A DNA stretch of 64,000 nt, from positions 310,001 to 374,000 of the forward strand of contig JAIVFI010000018.1 of NCBI GenBank assembly GCA_025558095.1, written 5' to 3'. The stretch's first letter is position 1; each line of letters starts with the position of its first letter. Origin of the DNA: Hyaloraphidium curvatum SAG 235-1 (Eukaryota; Fungi; Monoblepharomycota). The position numbers and the translations under genes are program-made. Shown piece by piece: positions 21,759-33,378 of this stretch. Under the pieces are notes generated by a model. It was not told the origin of the DNA. It made no database searches and worked only from the letters and a program-made list of their open reading frames with translations.

Positions 21759-22258
21759 TCAGCCCTGGGGCGCCTGCTTGATCCCGTACTGCCGGACGTG
21801 GCTATCCAGCTCGGTCTGCCGCTTTTTGAACCCCTCCATCAGGTCGTCCAAGCGCTTCGTCATCTGCGAGCCCGGTCATTGGCCGCTTCCTTCTCGCCAT
21901 GGAGGACGCTCCAACCTTTTCTATCGAGTCCTTGAGCTGCGGCAGGAGCTCCCCAACAGTTCGTTCCATGAGGACGCCATTCACCAGTCGGTAGCACGTC
22001 CGGTCGGCGTTCAGCTCCGTGATCGTGTCGACCACGAGCCTGGACGCGCGTAGGACGCGCATCGTCGCGTTCATGTCCCGTGAGTCCGGGGAAAGTGAAG
22101 AGAAACGCGTCTTGGACCCACTGGTGCTCCTCCTTGTCGCTATCCAGGCGCATCAGCTCCTTCCGCAGGCCCTCCACCTCGGCCGTCAGCTGCTGAAATT
22201 TCATGGCCACCTCCTGCCGCTGTGCCGGAGGCACCGTGTTGCTCATAACCAGCGCCAT
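21759..22258 (-). CDS. GIM4: Prefoldin subunit 2
   Basis: Motif EEH-LVVDT...RTCYRLVNGVLMERTV. Two introns; the protein ends ...YGIKQAPQG*. Confidence 0.9.
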
Positions 22259-22676
22259 GGTTTGGCTCGAGAGTGACTCGGGGCGGCCGTGCGGCTGGAC
22301 AAACCCCCCGGCACTCCAGGGGTCTTCCCCTGCGCAACAACAACTCCCGGAATTCCGAACAATCCCCGGTAATCATTCGCAAAGAAGCTCCGTCTGCTGG
22401 ACGATTCGGGACTAAAGATCTGGTCTGACCCCTCCGCACAGGATCCGCAGCTTTCGCAAGCCCGGCGCACCGCAACGCCGATTGGACCTTCCGGTGGGAC
22501 GTTCCGGGGCGCTGGAACTGACTTTGGACTCACAAGCACCGTTCAGCGCCGCAAGCCCAGCGACAGAATTGCATTGTTGATCCCGGGCGCCTCGAGTTGC
22601 TGTCGAACCGTGCGTGCAGGTGAGCACACGGCCGGGGCGGAGTTGACAGGTGTCTCACGCGGGTCTCCATGCAGAA

Positions 22677-24444
22677 ATGGCGCCTACCAGCGCCTTCCAC
22701 CCCACACCCATCGTGTTTGCTGGTGCTCGGATGCCGGCGCTCGGCCTCTCCGGCATGCCACCTGTTCCTTTGCCGTCCGTCGGGGCATCCAGTGCATGCC
22801 GGCCCAAAGAGCCCGCTGCCGACGCGGAAACTGCGCCTGCTGAACCAAACTGTCGGCCACGGGACATTGGCGCAGATTCTGCATGCAAGAGAAAGAACGA
22901 TTCCGCCATCGACCTGTCGACGTGGACGGCAGACAACGGCGAAACGGCCCGCGCGGACCTGATGCTCGAGGTCCTCGCTTGCAGCAAGGAGCCCGCCCTC
23001 CTCGACATTGACTGCGGCAGCAGCACGCTCTACTCTTCGTCTGCCTCGGGGCCCTCGGTCTTGGACCTATCGCTGCACGAGGAGATTGTGCACCAGCATG
23101 CGTCAACTTCACTCCCAGCTGCCATCTCTGACAAAGCCCTCGGCGATGATGCGTCGGAAGCGGGCTCGGACATTGAAGACGACAGCGATGCCAGCGAGTT
23201 TGCTCCGGAAGGATCTGGAGAAGACGATGAGGCGCTCGACCCCTGGGACTCGGACTACTTCGAGCCCGGTCGCATCAAGAGAGCTTCGAGCACTTTGAAG
23301 CGAAAGGCTGAGGGATCAGTCAGGCAACCGAAGGATCCGAAGAGCCGCAAGACGTCGAAGAAGTGCGGCAAGGAGCTTGGTTTGGTCACCGTCGCGCACG
23401 ACGAGTTCGACATCGACGGGAGGCCGCACGTCAAGTTCACGTACACCAACAAAGGCAGAGAGACGACGCACATCATGAGGATCGACGTCGAGGACGTGGT
23501 CGAGAGCATGCTCACTCCCGAGTTCAAGGAGACGTATTGCGTGTACCCCAAAGCACTGTGCTCGAGAAACGAGTACAAGGGCAAGCGGTACGTGTACGAG
23601 GTTGGTGGCCGCCCGCATTTATGCCCTCTGCCGCAACAGTCTCCTGATCGCTTCCACACAGACGGACTGCAACCACGTTGCGTGGAAGCTCGCCTTCAAG
23701 AACCAGGATGTCCTCCCCAGCGGGCAGCGTGGGCTTCTGCAGCGCGCCGTGGACGTCTACCGGAACCTCTTCAAAGAGACCAAGAGCCGCCGCGTCTCGC
23801 GCCAAGTCAAGAATGCGCACCACGAGTACGACCGCACGATCGCCGACATGCATTTTGCGGCGGACCCTGGACCAAGGGCAGCCAGGCGGGGCAGGCCGCC
23901 GAAGTTCAACACCTTCGGTGCACACAAGACCTCAGCTACTTCGCCTACCGGGTGCGCGCGGTCGAAAGTCTCGGCCAGATCCATGTCGTACGACTCGGTC
24001 AGCTCCGTGGAATCATACGACGATCTGATCTCGGACGTGGGCTCAGCCAGCCCCACGATGGACTATACCTGGCACTGCGACGTGGAGCTCGTGAGCCCGA
24101 TCGTCGAAGCGCCGCAGCCGTTTCGGGAGGCTTCCGTTCAGACCAGCACCTCGGGCGATCCGTTCACTTTCGGCAGGCACATCGTGGACCCGATCCCCCA
24201 GCACGTCATCGATCAGCTTCGCTGCCTCGTCGAGGCTGGGCTCCCGGACGACGTGCTGGAACCCCTCCACATCATCCCCGATCATGCGCTCGGAGACCCG
24301 ATGGCGATGGACATTCTCCCCGAGTACTTCGGCGAGCTCCAGAGCCTCACAATGGACATGCAGGTCGCACCCCAGCTCGTGCCTCTCTCTCCGCAAGAAC
24401 TGGTCGCTTTCGATGCGATCGTGCGGATTCCCGACATGGATTGA
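22677..24444 (+). CDS. Conserved fungal protein of unknown function (DUF8032-like basic domain), possible regulator
   Basis: Domain VKFTYT...IDVE...FKETYCVYPKA...Y.GKRY.YETDCN.VAW.LA..N...GQRGLLQRAVDVYRN...SRRV, joined by intron 23601-23661 and flanked by acidic low-complexity regions. Confidence 0.7.
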
Positions 24445-24643
24445 ACTCGCTTCGTCTACTCGAACCTTGCTGCGTCAAATGTCCCCGAGCTTGACTCTGT
24501 CTCTTGCATTCATGTAATTTCTTTCTTCTTCTCTCGTCTCTGATGTAAATCACTCTGAATGTTGATAGCGGTGAAACCTGTATCCATGGTCACGCCCACG
24601 CACTTGATGATCGGCGGCGGCCGGCGGCCTTTCGAACGCCAAC

Positions 24644-27485
24644 ATGGCGCCCTCTCGGAACGCGGGCCTCGGGCAGCTCCCACCCGATCTCATTATCAAG
24701 GTCATAAACTATCTGCCCGTGCCGCATTTGGCCAAAACTGCGCGCTTGAATCGCCTGTTCAAGGCGGTCACGTATTCGGATGCAATCTACGAGCCCAGGC
24801 TCCAATACCTCGGCCTCAACGCCGAAGGGAAGCCCCTTTCTCGGACCGCTGGACGGACAAATGCTGCCGGTGGCCCGAGGAACGCGTCTTCGGCTGCTCA
24901 GGGGGCCAATGGCGCTCCACCGCGACCGGGTTCTGCGTCGGCGAAACACGCACCTGCGACGCGTCCCCCTTCAAAGGCGGACAAGGCGCCTTCAAAGGCC
25001 CGGGATGGCCGGCCGCCATCTGCACTCGGCGAGCGTGGCAAAGGAGGCGGCGGCAAGTCGCCCGCCTTGTTGGACGACGGTCCGGGGGATCTCCTCGGCG
25101 GGGGAGACACGGGCAAGCTGCCTCCGGCGCTGATGGACTTTCCATCGCTCTTTCAAGGGAACAGACGGACGCAGCGATTTGATCCCGGGTCCGGAAAGCC
25201 GCGCCTTGTCTTCAAAGAGGAGTTCCTCAAGTGTGCGCGGCATTTCCGACCGTTTCGTGGGGATCGGGGCCTTGTTAAGCTGGAAGAGGACTTTCCAGTG
25301 TTGGCGGACCGTGCTGCTATGCTGGGAAAGCTTAACAAGTTTGGCAACGCGAAGCTTCTGGAGGATACGGCCGTTGCGTCGGCTCGGGTTGCGGCAGCAA
25401 TGCAGGATCTTTCCAACCTCCTGATTGCCAGCTTCGCAGAAGCTTACGATGCTTCTGACTATGTTCGCATGAAGGAAATCAGCCAGGCATCCTACATGTT
25501 GGACGGTGGGGCGGCCTGTGTGCAGCTGTTCTTGTCGAAGAGTAGGCTTGCGGCTTCCGGGTTCAGCTCCGTATGCTCACTGCCGCCATCGCAGACCCAG
25601 TGCTTTTCGACCCGACCTTCAACCCGTCCCTCATAGCGACGAATATCCCCGCAGCCGCCGATTCGGACGATTTTGTGCTGGCGGATAGTTTTGCGACGTT
25701 CATGGAGCAGCTCCTCGCCAACGTCAAGTCCCAGATTGACATTATTGCCGACGTTTTCCCTCCGGAAACGCGCGCCATCACCATCTACATTCAGGCCGTA
25801 TTCCAGGCCAGCGTTTCTGACTATCTTGCCGCCGTCCTGCAACAGGCAAAGGCGACCGACACGATCGGGTACCTCAATACGCTCGTGACCGCCGTCGCGT
25901 ACTGCACCCAGTTTGTCGACGTGATCGATGAGCAGCTTGGAGGGAAAGCCCAGTGGCAAAAGGAGGATGTCTTGGCCCTCGTCAAGGGGACGTTTGACGT
26001 CTACTACGCCACGTACATCGACGTGGAGTTGCAGGCCCTGAGGGAACGCTACCAGCGGGACCTTTCGCGCTGGGAGGCCGAGCGCAAAGCCAAGGCCAAG
26101 CCACCGGCGGCGTCGACCATTCTCACCGGGGACGTGGAAACGTTCCGGTCTTCGGTGCTGTCGAGCATGAAGAACGTGCTCCTGGCGCCCTCCTACCTTA
26201 CGCGGACATTGATGCAACCCTTTCGAACTGTCGAGCAATCGGAGAAGAGTCCACATAGCCCGCACATCGAGACCTTGAAGCTGGATGAGCACTTGACCGA
26301 CCTCGTGAGCTTGGAGCTCAGCCTCAGCATGATGCATCTGAACAAGGACGGCGTGAAGCGGGCAAATGCGCTGGCCGGCGTCTTCAACAAGAGCGATGCT
26401 CGTGGTTTCGTGCAGTCCATCTTTGTCGTGCTGCTGCGCTATCTTGGTACTCGCCACATGACAACCGCTTTTGACGAGTACGTCGCGTCTTTTTGGTGGT
26501 GCCCTATGCCTCGTTGATTTACTTGCGCTCTGCTTTCTAGAGCTATTCGGCGACTTGCTCGCACGCGGCCCGCGGACGACGTCAACAGCCTGGTGGTGGA
26601 ATCTCTGTCGCAGTTCTTTGAGCTCGTACACGTCGCCGACATGATCCAGCAGATGGTTCACATCTACTACACGGATGAAATCGTGGGCAAAAGCTGCGCT
26701 CCGCCGCCGTTCCTTGCTGAACTGCCACGTCCCGCAGCTGCGTTACGTCGACGAGTCCGACTTTCTCTCCGAAGTCGTGGTGGAGAAGAAGCAGTTTGAG
26801 CACGTCCTGGACGATCAGGTTGCCTCGGGCATGGACTCGGCGATCCAGGTCCTGATGCAGCACATCGAGTATATCCTGCGCACGGAGCAGGTCGTCCCCG
26901 AGGACTACAATCCGCATCCGAACGTACCTCTGGATCTCACGCCGACCAAAGCCTGCGGCAAGGTCGTCGCCATCCTCTATGCGCACACGCGCATGATCCG
27001 CGGGACTACCGACAAGCACATTCTGGATGTGTTTTTCCAGGAGGTCGGCATTCGGTTCCACGCCATCATCATCAAACATCTCAAGAAGCAGCAGATTAGC
27101 ACGGTCGGGGGGTTGCGAGTGATATGGTCTGTTTCCCGCGCCGCGCTCGGGCGTGCTTATTAACGGCAGTCGCACAGCGACCTCACGGAGTACTACAACT
27201 GGGCTATCACGCTGCGGAACCCGGAGGTGACCAAGATGTTCGCGGTGCTCAAGGAGATCGGCAACCTCTATATTGTTGAGAGCGCCGCGGACCTGAAGGA
27301 GATGGTGCACGACACGGACCGGTACCACAACCAGGTTCGCGTGGAGGAGATCTACGAGCTCCTCCAGGGCCGCGCCGACTGGAAGAAGATCCAAAAGGAT
27401 GTGGAGGTTTCCGACGTAGGCGTCGATCGGTATTGGGATGCGCAGGAGCTGACTTGTGAATCCCATCCAGTGCTCGCTAATGTAA
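24644..27485 (+). CDS. RCY1: F-box/Sec10-like recycling protein Rcy1 with C-terminal CAAX
   Basis: N-terminal F-box and a Sec10-like helical region (FFELVHVADMIQQMV, KKQFEHVLDDQVASGM, EIGNLYIV, RADWKKI). The last intron, 27416-27470, gives the ending ...VSD-CSLM*. Confidence 0.88.
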
Positions 27486-27495
27486 TCCCGCCCAG

Positions 27496-28306
27496 CTACC
27501 GGTTCTTGAAAAGGTCGAAGCGTGTTTTCTGGACGTACTGTAGTCGTCGCTAGTTATTCGCAGTCGATAGAAAGGGGGCGAGCGGCGCGCACCTTGCGCT
27601 GCGCCCTGATCCATTTGCGGTACCCCCGCACGTCCTTGATCTTCTCGCCGTAAAAGTCCGGCGCCGTGTTCCCCACGGCCTGCGCCGTCGGAACGACCCG
27701 GTTCTTCTTGATCCTCTCGAAAAAGTCCTTTTCCCGCGCCTTCAGGCTCGCCTGAGCCGATCTCCGCACCAGCGCCCACATCGCACCACCAGCAAAGATC
27801 CCTGCGGCCGCTCCCGCCGCTCCCGCGGCCATTGCACCAAGCGTGTACGCTATGGCGGGGTCGAGGACGCCAAACACCATTTCCGTCGGGTCGAAGTCCT
27901 TCACAACCCCTGGTTGAGCGCAACGTCAGCATCGGAACCCCTCCACGACAAGAAACAACGTGCCAAAGTAGTATGTGCCCCCCACGAAGCCCGCGATTCC
28001 CCCGAGGATGCCCCCGACGCGTTCCGCGGTCTTGCGCTCCTGGCGGAAGCGGAAGAAGTCGTTCCACGTGATCTGCTGCCCCGCCGGGGCCGATGCGGCG
28101 GTAGCATATCGCGCCGTCCGCGGTGGAGACACTCGCGAGGAAGAGGAGAGGAGCGGAGAGGGGGAGGCGGGCGAGGAGTTCACGAGCGCGAGACGCGCCA
28201 ACCCGACGGTCGGAGCGACCGTTCGGACCGGGCCAGCGGTACAGAAGGCCAGCGGAGGATTCGCGAACCGGAGCGCGGTCCGCGATGCGCTCGCGAGGGC
28301 GGACAT
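27496..28306 (-). CDS. PAM17: Presequence translocase-associated motor subunit Pam17
   Basis: Mitochondrial presequence, ITWNDFFRFR, FFERIKKNRV and PDFYGEKI..V.GYRKWIRAQR. GC-AG intron at 27910-27963; a probable last intron gives ...KYVQKTRFDLFKNR*. Confidence 0.9.
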
Positions 28307-28556
28307 CGTCGATGTTGCGTGAAGGGCGAGAGCTGCGTCCACCTGCTGCGTGCACCGCGAAACCGTCAGCATCATCCACGTACTCTACGGGGGTTCCCTC
28401 TACTCGATCGATGAGTCTCGGGGTAAGTAGAGATGCACCTATCTATACAGTCTACATTTGAAGCAAGAATGCCAATGCACCAGCTCCTCATTCTTTGGCC
28501 AACGCCTCATCACCTGCTCATTTCCCTGGCCAGCGCCTCCACAGCCGACCGATCGC

Positions 28557-30010
28557 CTACGCCGACTTCTGCTTCCCCGCGTCGGCGCTTGCGGCACCGC
28601 CACCGCGGATGCCAATGTGCCTCTGGACCTGCGCAAGGAACTCGTCGAACAGGTACATAGTGTCCAGCGGTCCCGCCTTGGCCTCGGGGTGGAACTGCAC
28701 CGAGGCAAAGGGCAGGGTCGAGTGCCGGATGCCCTCGTTGGAACCGTCGTTCGCGTTGACGAAGTACTTTTCCCAGCCGGCGGGCGGGGAGGCGTCCTCG
28801 AGGGCGTAGCCGTGGTTCTGCGACGTGATGATGCACGACTTGGTGAGCATGTTGATGGCGGGCTGGTTGTGCCCGCGGTTGCCGAACTTGAGCTTGTACG
28901 CCTTGAAGCCGGCGGCCATGCCCATCAAGAGGTTGCCCATGCAGATGCCAAAGACGGGCATCGGGTTGGCCATCCCGGCCTCGCGATCAAACAGCTTCTT
29001 CAGGTTGTCTGCCGTCTTCTGCACGGCGCGCGGGTCCTGTGACACGAAAGTGAGCATCCAACACTTCGCAAAACTGCGGAGGTACCCACGCCGGGCCCGT
29101 TGGACAGGAAGACCCCGTCGTACTTGGTGGGGTCCTTGGTAAAGTCGTGGTCCCACGGCACGACAATGACCTCTGCGCCCCGCTCGGCGAGGCACCGGAC
29201 GATGTTGACCTTGCTTCCGCAGTCAACGAGGGCGATCTTGTACTTGCCACCCTTGTTGTAGACCGTGGGCTGGGTCACCGAGACCTCGGCGCAGAGGTTG
29301 CGCACGTTGGGGTCCTCCAGGACCAAGGGCTCGCCCTTGATCTCCTCCAGGGGCTTGCCGATGCGGATCTCGCCCAGCGTCGAGCCCTGACCGCGGAGAA
29401 TGTGGACCAGAGCGCGGGTGTCCACACCGGTGAGGGCGGGGATGCCCTCGGAGGCGCACCACTGGCCGAGCGACTGAACCGCGCGCCAATGCGAGTACTT
29501 TGCGGCGTAGTCGTTGACCACGATGCCGCTCAGGTGGATCCGCTCCGACTCAAAGTGCTCCAGGAGACCGAACTGGTCGCGCGAGCGGCCGGGCACGCCG
29601 TAGTTGCCGATGAGAGGCTGGGTAAAGACCAGGATCTGACCGCGGTACGAAGGGTCGGTCATGGATTCGGGGTAGCCCACCAGCGACGTCGTAAAGACGA
29701 CCTCGCCCGACAGGGGCTTGTCGGTGATCGGCGCGCCGAACGAGACGGCCTCGAAGGCCTCCCCCGTCTTCAGGCGCAGGGCGGCCGGCAGCAGCGGCGG
29801 CTCGGGCACCGTCTGCGACGCCGCGACCTCGCCAGCCTTGGGCGTGACCAAGTTCATCGGGTCCGAGACCGTCGCGAAGCCGCGGCGGGCGGCGGGCCAC
29901 CGGGGCGACGCGCGCGGTGGCGCGGCGGCGAGGCGAGCGGCGGGGGCTGCGGCCGCGAGCGCACGGGACGCGACCGCCACGCGGGCGGCGGCGACACGCG
30001 ACAGCGACAT
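28557..30010 (-). CDS. CPA1: Carbamoyl-phosphate synthase, arginine-specific small subunit, mitochondrial
   Basis: Presequence, then GEVVFTTSLVGYPESMTDPSYRGQIL, LSNGPGDP (across intron 29037-29089), FGICMG, GNRGHNQP, SQNHGYA and QFHPEA. Confidence 0.95.
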
Positions 30011-30339
30011 CGCGATCTGCAGGCGAGATCCCACGATTCCGTCAGGGCGAGCCAGCCGGGCCGAGAAAAAGACATACCTAGATAAGGGCGGGCAGGCGCG
30101 AATAGGGCTCCAACGGAACCGACGGCCGGCAGGTGGCTAAAAAATCGCCCGAGCTCTGCCGATGCGGTGATAGGACGCCGAAAGACGGGCGCACGGGCAG
30201 GAATCTGGGACCGGGGCTGCCGTTGTTGTGCCTTCGCTTCCGGGCCGCCGCCGCCGTCACCCATCACGCCGGCGGCCCCCGCCCAGCCGGAACTGAGCCG
30301 CCTCTCTGCGGCGCGACCGCGGGAGAGGGCGGCGCCACC

Positions 30340-31795
30340 ATGCTGCTGTGGCTGCTGCTGCTGGCCGGGGCGATGTTCATGGGCTCGTTCCTGGCCGGGC
30401 TCGTGCCGCTCTCGTTCCAGCTTTCGGAGGACAGGCTGCGGGTCATGTCGACCTTCGCCGCCGGCCTGATGGTGGGCACCGCGCTCATCGTCATTCTGCC
30501 AGAGGGCGTGGAGACCCTGTACAGGTGGGCGCCGTCGCCGGAATGGCCGCGTGCCCGTCTCACCCCCTTTCCTCTTTAGCGTCCAATATGCCTCGTGTTC
30601 CGGCGCCGTGCCAGCCACGACGCACGGCATTCACCACCGCCGTGCAGTCGACGTGGTCGACGTGGCAATGGACGCCGTCCACAATGCTTTCCTGCGGAGC
30701 CGGGCAACGGCTTTCTCGCTGGTCGCGACGGCCGAGGTCGCCGCGGAAGTGTCCACCAAGGTGTCCATTTCGGATGGTGCTGAGGGTGAGTAGCTCGCGC
30801 TACCATCGACCGCCCTCCATTGACTAGGGGATCCAATTCCAGGTGGTGCAAAACGACGACCAAACACGAGGCGGGCGGATGCGGACACCGCCAAGGACGC
30901 TGCCTCGCCGAGCCGCGAGAGTGCTTCATCGGCAAAGGCAAAGTCTGCCGCTGCGAAGGACGCGGAAACCCCAGCGGACAAGGAAATGGGGTCGCCGCAT
31001 TCGCCGCTCGAAGGCGGTGACGCAACGGACGGCAAGGAGCCCTTTGCTGCCCACCTCTACATCGGACCCTCTCTTGCTTTGGGATTCGGCGCCATGTTTC
31101 TCATAGACCAGCTGTTCCAGACGCACCCGCATTCGGGATCGCACACGCACATTGTGGCCCTCACGGACTTTCGCGGCCTGCCTTCGACTCCCAGCCGCAC
31201 AGAAGTGCCGGCCGTGGGAAAGTCGATCGCCGCGACCATCGGGCTCGTTGTGCACGCTGCGGCCGACGGCATTGCGCTGGGCGCTGCTTCTGCGTCGAAC
31301 CGTGCGTCGCTGGAGCTCCTCGTATTCCTCGCGATCATGCTCCACAAGGCCCCGAGCGCCTTCGGCCTTGCCACCTTCCTTCTGGACTCGGGCCACAGCC
31401 GGAAGACGGTTCGGCAGCACCTCCTAGCCTTTTCTTGCTCGGCGCCGCTGGGCGCTGTTGCGACCTACGCCGCCCTCCAATCCTCGCAGGCAGCCGGCGG
31501 GCCCGGCGCTGCCGCCGACCTCAACAAGTGGACCGGCATCCTCCTCCTCTTTTCTGCCGGCACCTTCCTCTTTGTCTCCACCGTCCACATCCTTCCCGAG
31601 GTCATCAACCGGCCCCACGGGTCGGGTCACGGGGACATTATGAACGGGAACGCGCTGGACCGGGGCCCCGCGGCAAAGGGCGCCAAGGAGTCGCAAACTT
31701 CCCGCAAGATGACCTTCTTGCAGGTGGTCGTCGTGATGCTGGGCCTCTGCTCGCCCTACTTCTTGACTGTCTCTCACGGTCACGGCGGGCATTGA
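30340..31795 (+). CDS. ZIP-family metal transporter (ZIP9/Atx2)
   Basis: Motifs GLMVGTALIVILPEG, GLVVHAAADGIALG, AIMLHKAP and FSAGTFLFVS. Two introns, at about 30525-30579 and 30787-30842. Confidence 0.9.
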
Positions 31796-31894
31796 TGAGG
31801 GAGATGCCAGCGCACTGTATATTCTGGATCTGCAAAAGGAAGGGTATAATTCGGATATCGCTCCTCAAGAAGCCAGTCCGATTGCTTCCTCCTA

Positions 31895-33119
31895 TCACTC
31901 CTTCTGACCATCGGAGGGCGGCGGCGTGCTGAGCTTCAGGAACTCGCCCATGTTTATCGTGCCCGACCCTCGCTCCGCCGGCTTTGGCTGGGATGCCGCT
32001 GGCTTCCATCCGATCATGTAGATGGTCTGGAACGTAGCCGGTATCGTCCCATCCTCGTTCCCATAGAGCTCCTGGTATATCGACGTCGCTGCCATCAGGG
32101 TATCTCGTCGGAGGTACGGTTTGCTTCAAACTGTAGTCAGATCACATCGCCACGAGGTTCCGATCGGTTGAATACGCACCGGAGCATGACGGCGTTGTTC
32201 TCCCCCATCGCCCGCAGGTCCTCCATCAGCTCAAACATGGACGGGTAGTTCACGGTGATCTCGTCGATGTCCACCGTCGTCAAGTTGAACCCTGCCCTCG
32301 ACAGCAGGCTGGCGACGTCACGAACGTCCGTCATGGGCGAGACGTGGGGCGAGACGCCGCCTTCGCGCTCCATCTCGGCCAGCTGGAGGGCGGTCCTCAG
32401 CTCGTACAGCGTGTCGCCCCCCAACAGGGCGCCGAGGAACACTCCGTCGGGCTTCAGTGACCGGCGAATCTGGATCAGCGCGCCCGGCAGGTCGTTGACC
32501 CAGTGGAGGCTCAGACTACTGATCACGGCGTCCAGGCTGTCCTCCTCGAACGGGAGGTTCTCCTCGTCGACAACCATTCTGCTGACCGGTATCTCGTACT
32601 TGACGTCCTTGTCGCGATTCAAAAGAACCTCTGCCAGAGTCGGTTGGCTACCGAGATACATGCCGACACGCCGACGGTTCCCACCAGACATATCGGTCAT
32701 TAGGAGCTCCCCGACCATTCCAGGATCGAGGAACTTGGCAATGTGCCCAGCTCCGGCCCCTAAATCGACCACCTTATTGAACTTTCGCTTGATGTCCTGG
32801 ACGGCACGCGCTGTCAGCCCCAACGTGCACTTCTGCCGCGTCCGATCTGCTTTCCCACGAGCAAACGGTCCACCATTCTCTCCGCAATTTCGTCCTTAAA
32901 GTAATCAACCTCCTTGCTACGCGGCGAGCGGCCGGCCCGATCGCGCTGCAACCGCTTGGCTTCGCGGTCGAAGATGATTTGGGCCGTCGACTGCCTTCGC
33001 GACGAGGGGGCGTTCGGGGGAATCGCGACCAATCGCGCCACCGCGGTTCCATGTTGAGAGGTTATAGGTGAAGGAGATGGTATCGAACGCGACAACGCCG
33101 CCTGCAGGGCCCGTCTCAT
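31895..33119 (-). CDS. NDUFAF5: Complex I assembly factor NDUFAF5 (SAM-dependent)
   Basis: Motifs [40 protein letters not shown]...[12 protein letters not shown] and [15 protein letters not shown]...RGS. Three introns. Confidence 0.93.
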
Positions 33120-33378
33120 CGCGCCGGATGAAGCCGGGGATCGTTTCTGGCGGTCGTTGCGACACAGCCGCGGGCATCAGCGAGAACGGATCCGGCAAAA
33201 ACAGAGCCACCGCCGCCGCGCTGCTTTCTCGCCGTGCTTCGCGGCATTGGTTCGCTCGCTGAATTTGCTCCCGGTCTTTCTTCCCTCCCAGTCGCTCGCG
33301 CGATCCCGGTTCCCCGCGAGCCGGGGCTGTTCCCCCAACCTTTGAGTGCCGCAACCCCTGCGGCAACGGACATTAGCC

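Noticed and set aside
30078-30260. Upstream ORF in the CPA1 leader as an arginine attenuator peptide
   Set aside because: It starts at GTG and lacks the D-Y-x-S-D-H-x-W core.
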